A DNA stretch of 64,000 nucleotides from an uncultured Myxococcales bacterium (GTDB lineage: Bacteria; Myxococcota_A; UBA9042; DTJE01). Shown here one piece after another: positions 26,654 to 36,885 of this stretch. The first letter of the stretch is position 1, and the number at the start of each line of letters is the position of its first letter. Where the stretch lies: assembly GCA_937975765.1 (NCBI GenBank), contig CALJUR010000121.1:92296-156295 (forward strand), read 5' to 3'. The position numbers and the translations under genes are program-made. Below the pieces are notes generated by a model. The model did no database searches, had not been told where the DNA came from, and was given only the letters and a program-made list of their open reading frames with translations.

Positions 26654-28210
26654 ATGAAGACGTCCCTCTCCACGCGCGTGGCCGCCGGCCTGATCATCCA
26701 GGCGGTGGTCTTCTGCGGGGCCATGCTGTACCTGGCGTTGACCGCCGACTCGCTGCTGGTCGGGGTGTCCGTGCTGAAGGAGGACCTGGCGCCCACCGTC
26801 GAGGACCTGAACCGCCTGGTGCTGGACACGAAGTCCGTCGAGGACCTGCTGTCTTCCGGGCGGGTCGGCGACGTGGACCGCGCCCGGTACCAGGCGGCCC
26901 GGCTGCAACCGTTCGACCGGCTTCGCGAGGCCTCGGGGCGGCTGCACCTGGCGGCCGGCTCCGGGGGCGTCGGGCGCGCGCGCGCGCAGGATCTCCGCGA
27001 CGCGGCGGATGCGGCAACGGCGGCGGCGGCGACGGAGCGGCGGCCGGTGCCGGGGTCGGACCCGACGGTCCCGCGGAACGCCGAGGAGGCGGTCGCGGTC
27101 CTGCTGCAGCGGCTGGACGTGGCGCTGAAGGGCGGGGCGCAGGCCGAGGCGGACGTCGCGGCGCGCGAGTTGCTGCGCACCCTGCGGATCGTCCGCGGCG
27201 GGGCACTGCGGGCGCACCGGCTGGCCTCGACGGCCCTGCGCGAGGCGGAACACGACCTGGTCACCCGCCGGTCCGAACTGTCGCTGGTGGTCATCTTCGT
27301 GTCGGCGGCGGCGCTGGTGACCGCGCTGGTGGTGCTGCTGCTGTCCCTGCGGGCGCTGCGGCCCGTCGGCGACCTGGTGGCGGCGATCCGGCGACTGGCC
27401 GGGGGCGACACCTCGCCGGTGTCGATCCGGTCGACCCGCGAACTGGCCGACCTGTCCGACGCGCTGAACTCGCTGGGCCAGGAGCTGTCCCGGCGCGCCA
27501 CCGAGCAGGAGCGGGCACAGGAGGAGCGCATGCGCACCGAGCGGCTGGCGGTGGTCGGCCGCATGGCGTCGGTGGTCGCGCACGAGGTCCGCAACCCGCT
27601 GAACTCCATCGCGCTGAACGTGGACCTGCTGCACGAGATGCTGCAGGCCCCGGACCGGGGCGGGGCGCGGGCCGGGGAGGTGCTGGGGGCGGTCCAGCGC
27701 GAGGTCGATCGGCTGTCGGAAATCACCGAGGAATACCTGCGGTTCGGGCGCATGCCGAAGGGGGTGCTGGCGCCGGTGGACGCGGTGCGGGTGGTCCGCG
27801 AGACGGCGGAGTTCATGGGGGAGGAACTGGCGGCTGCGGACGTGCAGGTCGAGTCGAGGCTGCCGGACGAACCGGTCCGCGTGGTGACGGACGAGGGCCA
27901 GTTGCGCCAGGCGCTGGTGAACGTGATCCGGAACGCCGTGGAGGCCATGCCGGGCGGGGGGCTGCTGGCGCTGGTGGTGCGACCCGAGGGCGAGCGCGTG
28001 GCGGTCGAGGTGGCCGACACCGGGACGGGCATCCCGGAGTCGTTCAAGGCACGCCTGTTCGAGCCGTTCGCGACGACGAAGCCGCGCGGCACCGGGCTGG
28101 GGCTGGCGTTCGTGCAACAGGTGGCCCAGGAGAGCGGCGGGGACGTGGGGATCGAGTCGGGGGAAGGCCGGGGGACGACGGTGCGGCTGCGGCTGCGGAA
28201 GGCGTCGTGA
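26654..28210 (+). CDS. sensor histidine kinase (two transmembrane helices, HAMP, HisKA, HATPase_c)
   Basis: The H-box reads VAHEVRNPLNSI. The N, G1 and G2 boxes are present (NVIRNAVEAM, DTGTGIP, GTGLGLAF). Two transmembrane helices flank a periplasmic region. Confidence 0.85.
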   Translation: MKTSLSTRVAAGLIIQAVVFCGAMLYLALTADSLLVGVSVLKEDLAPTVEDLNRLVLDTKSVEDLLSSGRVGDVDRARYQAARLQPFDRLREASGRLHLAAGSGGVGRARAQDLRDAADAATAAAATERRPVPGSDPTVPRNAEEAVAVLLQRLDVALKGGAQAEADVAARELLRTLRIVRGGALRAHRLASTALREAEHDLVTRRSELSLVVIFVSAAALVTALVVLLLSLRALRPVGDLVAAIRRLAGGDTSPVSIRSTRELADLSDALNSLGQELSRRATEQERAQEERMRTERLAVVGRMASVVAHEVRNPLNSIALNVDLLHEMLQAPDRGGARAGEVLGAVQREVDRLSEITEEYLRFGRMPKGVLAPVDAVRVVRETAEFMGEELAAADVQVESRLPDEPVRVVTDEGQLRQALVNVIRNAVEAMPGGGLLALVVRPEGERVAVEVADTGTGIPESFKARLFEPFATTKPRGTGLGLAFVQQVAQESGGDVGIESGEGRGTTVRLRLRKAS

Positions 28211-28236
28211 CCGGTGCGGACCGGGAGGGAGGAAGG

Positions 28237-29952
28237 ATGCGGACGATGCGGCGCGGCGGGATGGCGCTACTGGCCGGGGTCCTGGCGCTGGGGTGCGCCA
28301 CCGCCGGAACGACCCGGGGAGGGGGCATGAGACTGCCGGACGAGCAGGAACTGCGGGCGAAACGGGCGCGATACGCGGACGTGGAGATCACGGTCGATCC
28401 ACGGACGCTGTCGCCGGCGGACCGGGCCACGCTGGCGCCGCTGGTGAAGGCGGGCGAGATCGTCGGACGCATCTTCTGGCGGCAGGCGTCGCGCGAGGGC
28501 CTGGAGGCCGCGGCCCGGCTGGCGCAGCGCACCGACCCGATGGGGCGCCTGCTGGCCGACTACGTGGACCTGAACGCCGGGACGTACGACCGGCTGGACG
28601 ACTTCGCGCCCTTCCTGGAGGCACGGACCAAGCCTCTGGGCGCGACCTACTACCCCGAGGACCTGGCCCCCGCAGCCTTCGATGCGTGGCTGAAGGCGCA
28701 TCCCGGGGACCGCGAGGCCTTCCAGTCGCCCGTGACCGTGATCCGGCGGGTCGGCGACACCCTGGTGGCGGTGCCGTACGCGAAGGAATACGGGGAGGAC
28801 CTGGGCCGCGCGGCGGTGCTGCTGGAGGAGGCGGCCGTCAAGACGCGCGACGCCGCGCTGGCGAAGTACCTGCAGTCGCGTGCCCAGGCCTTCCGGACCA
28901 ACGACTACTACCCCAGCGACCTGGACTGGATGGACCTGGGGACGTTCGAGGGGGACGGGGCATCCGCGATCGAGGTCGTCATCGGCCCGTACGAGGTGTA
29001 CGAGGACCGGCTGATGAACCTGAAGGCGGCCTTCGAGTCGTTCGTCACCGTGCGGGACGCCGCCGAAAGCCGCAAGCTGGCCGTGGTGGCCGGCATGCTG
29101 GACGAACTGGAGGCGTCGCTGCCGATGGACGACCGGCACAAGAACTTCAGCCGCGGCAAGTCCTCGCCCATCGCGGTGGTGCAGGTCGTCTACACCTCCG
29201 GGGACACCGCGGCCGGCGTGCAGACGACGGCCTTCAACCTGCCGAACGACGAGCGGGTCCGGACCGCGAAGGGGTCCAAGAAGGTCCTGTTGAAGAACGT
29301 GGGGCAGGCGAAGTTCGCGAAGAGCCTGGTGCCGATCGCCCGGACGCTGCTGGACCCGGCGCTGCTGGACCGGGTGTCGTTCGACACCTTCTTCAACCAC
29401 ACCCTGCTGCACGAGGTCAGCCACGGGCTGGGCCCGGGGATCCTGGCACGGCCCGACGGGACCTCGACCACCGTCAACCTGGCCCTGAAGGAGGCCTACA
29501 GCGGAATCGAGGAGTGCAAGGCGGACGTGCTGGGCGTGCTGAACAGCCTGTACCTGGTGCGCAAGGGCGTGCTGCCCGCGGAGATCGCCCGCACGATGGA
29601 GCCGACGTTCCTGGCCGGCCTGTTCCGGTCGATCCGGTTCGGGATCGCCGAGGCGCACGGCGTGTCGAACATGGTCCAGTACAACTGGCTGCGGAAGGCC
29701 GGCGCGATCACGCACGACCCCGCGAAGGGCACCTTCGGCATCGACCCGGCGAGGTTCGAGGGCGCGATGCGGGACCTGGCCCGGGCGCTGCTGACCGTGC
29801 AGGCCGAGGGCGACTACGAGGGCGCGAAGGGGATCCTGGCGACATACGGCGGGATGCCGGACGAGGTGGCGAAGGCGCTGCGACGGCTGGAAGGCATCCC
29901 GATCGACATCCGCCCGCTCTACACGCTGGGTCACGAGTTGCTGGCCGAGTAG
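28237..29952 (+). CDS. dipeptidyl-peptidase III (M49) family lipoprotein with an HExxH variant motif
   Basis: The lipobox is LLAGVLALGCAT. The zinc motifs are HEVSHGLG and EECKADV. The length and order match DPP3-like enzymes. Confidence 0.7.
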   Translation: MRTMRRGGMALLAGVLALGCATAGTTRGGGMRLPDEQELRAKRARYADVEITVDPRTLSPADRATLAPLVKAGEIVGRIFWRQASREGLEAAARLAQRTDPMGRLLADYVDLNAGTYDRLDDFAPFLEARTKPLGATYYPEDLAPAAFDAWLKAHPGDREAFQSPVTVIRRVGDTLVAVPYAKEYGEDLGRAAVLLEEAAVKTRDAALAKYLQSRAQAFRTNDYYPSDLDWMDLGTFEGDGASAIEVVIGPYEVYEDRLMNLKAAFESFVTVRDAAESRKLAVVAGMLDELEASLPMDDRHKNFSRGKSSPIAVVQVVYTSGDTAAGVQTTAFNLPNDERVRTAKGSKKVLLKNVGQAKFAKSLVPIARTLLDPALLDRVSFDTFFNHTLLHEVSHGLGPGILARPDGTSTTVNLALKEAYSGIEECKADVLGVLNSLYLVRKGVLPAEIARTMEPTFLAGLFRSIRFGIAEAHGVSNMVQYNWLRKAGAITHDPAKGTFGIDPARFEGAMRDLARALLTVQAEGDYEGAKGILATYGGMPDEVAKALRRLEGIPIDIRPLYTLGHELLAE

Positions 29953-29992
29953 GCGGCCGTCCGGGGAGGGCGCCGGCGGCCCGGGAGGGCAG

Positions 29993-31073
29993 GATGCGTC
30001 GCGAGTTCCGGCGGGCCCGGGGACTGGCGTTCGCGGTGCTGGGCGCGGCCATGGCCTGCGGCGGCGGAACGGGCGCACCGGGCGACGACCTGGCGCAGGA
30101 CGTCATCGCGGAGGCCGAGGACGCCATCGACACGGCGCCGGACGCCGATGCGCGCACGGACGGAGAAACGCCGGCGGACGCCGCCCAGGAATCCGGCCCG
30201 GACGAGGCCGCGGACCTCGCCGCGGACCCTGCCGTCGATCCGTCGCCCGATCCCGCGGCCGACCCCGGGATCGACGCGGCGGGCGACCTGCCGCGCGGCT
30301 TCGTCATCCACGTGGCCGAGAGCCTCGGCGCGCTGAGCACCGGCACCACGGGCACGCCCTGGTCCTTCGTGGCGGTATCGAACCCACCGGCCGACGAGAT
30401 GCCGCAGAAGGTCACGGCGCAGGCGGGCGACTGCCTCTTCCTGGAACCGATCGCCACGGGGACCTGCGACACCTTCTGCGCGTGGCCCGGCTACTGCGGC
30501 GAGGACGACGCCTGCCACGAGGGCCTGCCCCGCCGCTGGGCCGGGGACATCGCGCTCAGCGGCCTCCAGGCCGAGTGCTCGCTGCCCATCGATACCAGCA
30601 CCCCCTACCCGTACTACTCCGGCGCCTGCACGCCCGAGGACCCGGCCAACCTGTTCGAGGAGGGCGTGACGATCACCGCGACGTCGGCGGGCTGCGACGA
30701 CCTGCCTGCCTTCGCGCTGGAGACCCGGGGCGTCGAGTCCATGGTGTCCCGGCTTCCGTGCACCGGCTTCGCGCTGGTCCGGGACCAGGGGCTGCACGTG
30801 ACCTGGACCCCGGGCGGCCAGGACGGCGACCGGGTCCGCTTCCGGCTGATCAGCGGCAACCACGGGACGCAGTTCGGGCACATCGAGTGCGAGACGGGCG
30901 ACACCGGCAACCTGGACGTGGACGCCACGCTGGTGAACCTGCACCTCGACGCCTTCAACCCCATGCCGACGTGGAGCCTGGAGCGCGTGCATGCAGGCGA
31001 CGCGGTGATCGACGGGACGAGGGTGGTTCTGGAGGCGTCCAGCCAGGTCCGGTGCGGCTACGTGATCCGGTGA
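29993..31073 (+). CDS. Cys-rich acidic lipoprotein, hypothetical
   Basis: The lipobox is LAFAVLGAAMACGG. An Asp/Pro/Ala-rich low-complexity linker follows. The body has about 12 Cys. No family is assigned. Confidence 0.5.
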
Positions 31074-31093
31074 TCGGGGCCGGCGGAGCCCGG

Positions 31094-31327
31094 TCAGGAG
31101 TGCCCGCCGCTCCCGCACGAACCGCAGTTCCGGGACGAGCAGGACGAGCAGCCGTCCGACTTCGCGGTGGTGGCCATCCTTCCGCCGACCGAGAAGGCGG
31201 CGGCGGAGGCCAGGCGGCGGACCTCGCGGCTGCCGCATTTCGGACAGGGCCAGGCCTGCGTCCCGGACGGCACCAGTTCCTCGAAGTCGGCACCGCACTG
31301 TCCGCACCGGAACTCGTACAGCGGCAT
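31094..31327 (-). CDS. FmdB-family zinc-ribbon protein
   Basis: The N-terminus MPLYEFRCGQCGADFEEL...WPCPKCGS is the FmdB signature. The C-terminus is Cys/Ser/Gly-rich. Confidence 0.7.
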   Translation of the reverse strand: MPLYEFRCGQCGADFEELVPSGTQAWPCPKCGSREVRRLASAAAFSVGGRMATTAKSDGCSSCSSRNCGSCGSGGHS

Positions 31328-31466
31328 CGCTCCCCTCTTCGCGGCCCGCGCATATTCTGGGCATGGCGGGCCGTCCGCGCCAGCCCCGTCCGGGCACGCC
31401 GGCGCCGCACGGGGTTGCCGCCGCGCCGCGCCGGCCCGACAATCGACCGCGGCGGAGGGACGGACG

Positions 31467-32784
31467 TGCGCGTGCAGATCGAGCGCCTGGCCCACCTGGG
31501 GCTGGGGCTGGGACGGGTCGAGGGGCGGGTCTGGCTGGTCCCGTTCACGGCCCCGGGCGACCTGGTCGAGGCCGACGTGGTGCACGAGCACCGGGGCTGG
31601 GTGGAGGCCCGGCTGCGGGAGGTCCTGCAGCCCGGCCCCGACCGGGTGGATCCGGGATGCCCGGTCTACGGCCAGTGCGGCGGCTGCCACCTGCAGCACG
31701 TCGCGGCGGCTCGGCAGCCCGCGCTGAAGGCCGGGGTCCTGCGCGACCAGTTGCGCCGCATCGCCCGCACCGAGGGACCCGAGCCTTCCATCGTCGCGGG
31801 GGGGCCCTGGGCCTACCGCTGCCGGATCGAACTGCACGGCCTGCCCGCGCCCGGCCGGCCGCGCCTCGGCTTCTTCGCGCGCCAGTCCCACCGGATGGTC
31901 TGCCCGGACGCCTGCCCGATCGCGATGGAGCCCCTGTCTGCCGCGATCCCGGCCCTGCGCGAGGCGCTGCCCGGACTGCTCCCGACGGGGCCGTTCACGC
32001 TGGAGCCGGTCGCCGGCGAGGATGGCGGCATGGTGGCCGTGGCGCGCGGCGACCTGCCCGACCTGGAGAGGGCCGCGACCGTGCTGGCGGGGCTGCCGGG
32101 GTTCGGCGGGGCGGCCGCGACGTGCCCGCGCCGGGGCAGCACGGAGTGGTCGGTCGCAGGCGACCTGGCATCCCGGTTCCCCACGGACGACGGTTGCGGC
32201 GGGCGGACCTTCCTGTCGCTGGATCCGCGCGGCTTCTCTCAGGCCAACCTGGCCCTGAACCCCGTCCTGGCCGCGACGATCCGCGACCTCGCCGGGGTCT
32301 CGGCCGGGATGCGGGTGCTGGAACTGTACGCCGGCGCCGGCAACCTGACGGTCCCGATGGCCCTGGCCGGCGCCGCGGTGACGGCCGTCGAACTGAACCG
32401 CGAGGCCCTGGCGCAGAACGGCCGGGAACTGGAGTCGCGCGGCCTGCACGCGGACCTGCTGGCGGCCCGGGTCGAGGAGGTGGCCGACCGGCTGGCCCGG
32501 ACGTCGCCTGCCCCGGAGGTTGTCGTGGCCGACCCGCCCCGCACGGGCATGGGCCTTGCCGCCGCCCGGGCCCTGGCCGCCCTGCCCGCCTCGCGCGTGG
32601 TGCTGTGCGCGTGCGACCCGGCCACGATGGCCCGCGACCTGGTCCCCTTCCTGGACGCCGGCTTCACCCTGGACCGGCTGGTCCTGGTCGAGATGTTCCC
32701 GCAGACCTTCCACCTGGAGACCGTGGCCAGGCTGGTTCGACCGTCGGACCGGCAGGCCGTTCCTGCAGGCCCCGTCCTTCGTTG
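31467..32784 (+). CDS. 23S rRNA m5U methyltransferase, RlmD/RumA family (TRAM, 4Fe-4S, SAM methyltransferase)
   Basis: It has the TRAM-like N-terminus, the cluster cysteines CPVYGQCGGCHLQH, SAM motif I VLELYAGAGNLT and motif IV DPPRTG. The start is a GTG with GGAGGG upstream. Confidence 0.8.
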
Positions 32785-32803
32785 ACTTTTCTCCGGCGAA
32801 GTG

Positions 32804-33686
32804 GATGATTCCCCCGTCCGGTTCGGGGTGCCCCGTGAAGGCCGAAATCGTCAAGGAGTTCGCGTTCGAGGCGGCCCACCACCTGCCCGAGGTCGGCCCC
32901 CTCCACAAGTGCTCTCGCGTGCACGGGCACCTGTTCCGCGTCGAGGTCGCCGTCGAGGGCGAGGTGGACCCCGTGATGGGGTGGGTGATGGACTTCGGCG
33001 ACCTGGCCGGGGTCGCCCGGCAGGTCATCGGGGCGCTGGACCACCGCGTCCTGAACGAGTTGCCCGGGCTGTCCAACCCCACGTCCGAGAACCTGGCCCG
33101 ATACCTGTACGACCGGCTGGCCGCCCGGGTCCCGGACGTGTCCGCCGTGACCGTCCACGAGAGCCCGACGTCTCGTTGCACCTGGCGGCCCGTCCGGCCC
33201 GTCGCCCCCTCGCAGCCCGAGGTCCAGGTATCCGTGGGCGGACTGGTGTTCTCGGCCGCGCACCTTCTGGCCCTGCCGCCCGCCGTCCGAGAGCCCCTGC
33301 ACGGCCACGACTACCGGATGACCGTCGTCGCGACGCTGGCGCCGGGCGCGCCCGTCGATGCCGACGCGACGCTGCGCGAGGCCGCCGGGTCCGTTGCCGG
33401 GCTGCTGGACCACCGGATCCTGCTGGCCGGCACCCCGGCCGTGGGACGCCTGGAGGATCGGGGCGACACCCTGGCCGTCATCGTCGGGGACGCCACCCTG
33501 GCGCTGCCCAAGGCCGACTGCGCCGTCCTGGACGTCGGCAACACCACGACCGAGGCGATCGCGGGCTGGATGGCGAACCGGCTGGCCACGATGCCGGGAA
33601 TCCGCGCGCTGGGCGCCCGGCGGATCGAGGTCCGGCTGGTCGAGGCCCTGGACGCGTCGGCCCGCGCGTGGGCCGCCATCGACTGA
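32804..33686 (+). CDS. queD: tandem-domain 6-carboxytetrahydropterin synthase (QueD / PTPS family)
   Basis: Domain 1 carries the CxxxHGH QueD signature (KCSRVHGHLF, EAAHHLP). Domain 2 keeps HGH (EPLHGHDY) but lacks the Cys. The start could be the ATG at 32804 or the GTG at 32836. Confidence 0.7.
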
Positions 33687-33716
33687 ACCTGCTTCCCCCT
33701 GGTGCCAGGAGGTCTC

Positions 33717-34802
33717 ATGCCCTCCGCGATCCCCCCGGATGGAGCCCCCGTGGACCTGGCCGATCGGCTTCCCGACGAGATCGCCGCCCTGCTGAAACCC
33801 CTGGGCGTGCCGCCCTACCGCGGCCTGCAGGTCTTCCAGTGGATCCACCAGAAGGACGCCGCGTCCTTCGACGACATGACCAGCCTGCCGCAGGATCTGC
33901 GGGCCTGGCTGTCCGCAAACGCCCGTCTGTCCCGTCTCGATCCGGTCGAGGTGCTGGACTCGGCCGACGGTTCGCGCAAGCTGCTGTTCGACGCCGGCGA
34001 GGGGCGGCGGTACCCGGCCGTGCTGATGCCGTCGGAGGACCGCGTGACCCTGTGCATCAGCAGCCAGGTCGGCTGCCGCATGGGCTGCCGCTTCTGCCTG
34101 ACCGCGACGCTGGGGTTCCAACGCCACCTGTCCGCCGCCGAGATCGTCGGGCAGGTCCACGCCGCGGCGCGCCTGCTGCCGGACGGATCGCGGGTGTCGA
34201 ACGTCGTCTTCATGGGCATGGGCGAGCCGCTGGACAACCTGGACAACGTCCTGCGGGCCGTCCGCATCCTCACGCACCGGGAGGGCCTGCGAATCGCGCC
34301 GCGCCGCACCACGCTCTCCACGGTCGGGCTGCTGGAGCGCCTGCCCGAGGTCGTCCGGTCCGGTACCGGCGCCAGCATCGCCCTCTCCCTGTGCGCCACC
34401 ACCGACGCGGTCCGCGGCGACATGGTCCCCGCCTCGCGGCGCCACGGGAACCTGCAGGCCCTGGTGGACACTCTGGCCGGCCTGCCGCTGCCCCACGGCC
34501 ACGTCTACACGATCGAGTACACTCTGATGGAAGGGGTGGGCGACTCGATCGAGGACGCGAAGCGGCTGTCGCGGATGCTGGCCCGCTTCCCGAACAAGGT
34601 GAACCTGATCCCCTTCAACCCGTGGCCCGGCACGCCGTTTCGCAGGCCGTCGGACCAGGCCGTCGAGGCCTTCCGGAGGTACCTGGACGAGCGCCACCAC
34701 CGGGTGACGGTGCGTCGCAGCCGCGGGCAGGACATCGGGGCCGCTTGCGGGCAACTGGACGGCAGGGGACGGCCGGGGGGGGCCGGGGGGGAGGTCGCGT
34801 GA
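33717..34802 (+). CDS. rlmN: 23S rRNA / tRNA adenine-C2 methyltransferase RlmN (radical SAM)
   Basis: The radical-SAM cysteines are SSQVGCRMGCRFCLT. The downstream motifs are GMGEPLDN and VNLIPFNP. Confidence 0.85.
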   Translation: MPSAIPPDGAPVDLADRLPDEIAALLKPLGVPPYRGLQVFQWIHQKDAASFDDMTSLPQDLRAWLSANARLSRLDPVEVLDSADGSRKLLFDAGEGRRYPAVLMPSEDRVTLCISSQVGCRMGCRFCLTATLGFQRHLSAAEIVGQVHAAARLLPDGSRVSNVVFMGMGEPLDNLDNVLRAVRILTHREGLRIAPRRTTLSTVGLLERLPEVVRSGTGASIALSLCATTDAVRGDMVPASRRHGNLQALVDTLAGLPLPHGHVYTIEYTLMEGVGDSIEDAKRLSRMLARFPNKVNLIPFNPWPGTPFRRPSDQAVEAFRRYLDERHHRVTVRRSRGQDIGAACGQLDGRGRPGGAGGEVA

Positions 34803-36049
34803 ACGCCGGAGGGTTGCTGCGGGGCCTGCTGGCGGCGGTCGCCACGTGCGCCATCGCGTGCGGGGACTCGGGCGGCAACCTGGTCGGCCGGCGCGACTAC
34901 TCCTCGCTGCGGGACGCGGCCGACCCGGGCGGGGAGACCGCCGGACCCGACGTTGACCGGGACGTTGCCATCGAGGACCCGGCCGCACCGGACCTTGCGC
35001 CCCCGTGGGACCCCGGCGAGGACCCGGGCGCCGACGATCCGGGAACGCCCCAGGACCCGGGCGCGAACGATCCGGGCACCCCCGACCCGGGCATGCCGGA
35101 CCCCGGCACCGACCCGGGTGCCCCGTCGGTGCGGCTGGTCACCGACCAGCAGGCCCTGTCCACGCTGAACTCCCTGATCGCCGGCGCGAGGACGTCGGTC
35201 CAGATGGTCGAACTGGAGTTCATCCCGGGCTGGGCGCCCGACCAGGTCGGCGCGGCGCTGGCGGCTGCCGTGAACCGGGGCGTCGCGGTCAAGGTGCTGC
35301 TGGAGTCCGACGTCGACAAGAACTCGACCCGGCTGGATTCCCTGAGGGCCGCGGGCATCGACGCGAAGCTGGACGGCGCCTCGAAGACCCTGCACACCAA
35401 GCTGCTGGTGGTGGACCGCAGCCGGGCCCTGGTCGGCAGCACGAACCTGTCGACCTCGTCGCTGAACTACAACCACGAGGCGAACGTGGCCCTGGACGGG
35501 GCGGCGATCGTCGCGCCCTTCGCCGGCTATGCGGACGCGCTGTGGTCCTCGCCGTCGAAGGCGGCCTCGATGACCTCGGCGCAGGTCGCGGGCGTCGCCC
35601 CGATCGGGGACGGCCAGTACCGCGACCGGGTCGTGCCGATGCTGCGGGCGGCCTCCCGGCGGGCGCTGCTGGTGCTGTACCACCTGTCCGACGACTGGGG
35701 CGGCGACGCCGGGGACCTGGCCTACGAACTGATCGACGCGAAGGGGCGCGGTGTCGACGTGCGCGTCGTGCTGGAGTCCTCGGCCTACGAGACCTACGTG
35801 AACGACCAGAACGGCACCTCCGGCGGGAACCTGTCGTCCGACGGCGTCCAGGTCCGCTACCACGCCGCCGAGACGCTGACGCACGCCAAGCTGCTGGTGG
35901 TGGACGACTCGGTCGTGGTGCATTCGGGGAACTGGGTCGCGTCCGGGCTGGGCTCGAACCACGAGGCCGGCACGGTGGTCCAGGCGGCCACCGTCACCGC
36001 CGATGCCGCCGCCTACTTCGAGAAGGTCTGGAACGAGTCGGTCCCGTGA
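34799..36049 (+). CDS. phospholipase D-family lipoprotein with two HKD motifs
   Basis: The lipobox is LLAAVATCAIACG. A DPG-repeat disordered linker follows. The HKD motifs are HTKLLVVDRSRALVGSTNLS and HAKLLVVDDSVVVHSGNW. Its GTG start overlaps the rlmN stop. Confidence 0.75.
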   Translation: MNAGGLLRGLLAAVATCAIACGDSGGNLVGRRDYSSLRDAADPGGETAGPDVDRDVAIEDPAAPDLAPPWDPGEDPGADDPGTPQDPGANDPGTPDPGMPDPGTDPGAPSVRLVTDQQALSTLNSLIAGARTSVQMVELEFIPGWAPDQVGAALAAAVNRGVAVKVLLESDVDKNSTRLDSLRAAGIDAKLDGASKTLHTKLLVVDRSRALVGSTNLSTSSLNYNHEANVALDGAAIVAPFAGYADALWSSPSKAASMTSAQVAGVAPIGDGQYRDRVVPMLRAASRRALLVLYHLSDDWGGDAGDLAYELIDAKGRGVDVRVVLESSAYETYVNDQNGTSGGNLSSDGVQVRYHAAETLTHAKLLVVDDSVVVHSGNWVASGLGSNHEAGTVVQAATVTADAAAYFEKVWNESVP

Positions 36050-36059
36050 CGCGGACAGG

Positions 36060-36777
36060 CTATTCGACCCCGTAGACCCGCTTCAGGCCCTGCTCGTCCG
36101 TCATCCCCAGTTCCAGCGCGCGCTTGAGGTGATCGCGGCCCTTCGACAGGTCCGAACCGGCGAACAGGAACGCCAGGGCGTAGTGGACCTCGGCATAGTC
36201 GGGCTTCAGTTCCAGCGCCTTGCGGTAGGACGCGACCGCCCCGTCGATGTCGAATCCCCGGGACAGCGCGACGTACGCCAGCCCGCGGTAGCACGGCGCC
36301 AGTTTCGGCTGGGCCCGCAGCAGGTCCTCGAACCCCGCGCGCGCCTTCTCGACGTCCCGCTGCGCCTTGTCGACCGCGAACGTCCAGCGGAACGCGGCCG
36401 AGAAGAGCTTCTTCGCCTCGTCACCCTCGACGTCCTTCAGCGCCTTGTCCAGTTCGGCCCGGCTGCCCAGGCCCGTCAGGCGCAGGGCGGGGCTGCCGTC
36501 ATCCAGTTGGCCCGGGTCCACGACCATGCCGTGGCCCGGCATCGAGGGCATGCCCATCGCGCCCGCCATGCCGGTCTTCGCGCCGGCGTGCACCGGGTCC
36601 TGCGGCATCCCCGCCGGCACCGGGGCCTCGCCCGCCCGGGACGGCGCGGCCGCCGTCGGCAGTCCCGTCGCGGGCGCCTCCACCTTCTTCAGGGGTGCGA
36701 CCGGGGTCTCGGGCGCCTTCGAGCACGCCGTCCCTCCCGCCGCCAGGATCACGCTGCACGCCACGAGGAGCCTCTTC
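36060..36777 (-). CDS. TPR-repeat lipoprotein
   Basis: The lipobox is MKRLLVACSVILAAGGTAC. A Met/Gly/Pro-rich segment is followed by TPR repeats (YRKALELKPDYAEVHYALAF). Confidence 0.55.
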
Positions 36778-36885
36778 ATCCTGTCCTCCCGTCCGGGTCG
36801 CCGAATCATGGAGCCATCCCCCCGCGATTTCAAGCCGGACCCCGATCCGGGGTAGAATCCATGCGACCCACGCCGGGAGAACCCC

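Noticed and set aside
22387-28092. The 925-aa plus ORF antisense to metH and the 1867-aa minus ORF spanning 22489-28092
   Set aside because: The 1867-aa frame is real only from 22489 to 25893 (metH, clear start with domain order complete). Upstream it runs antisense through yqgE and the histidine kinase gene as Ser/Arg/Thr-rich junk. The plus-strand ORF is antisense to metH.
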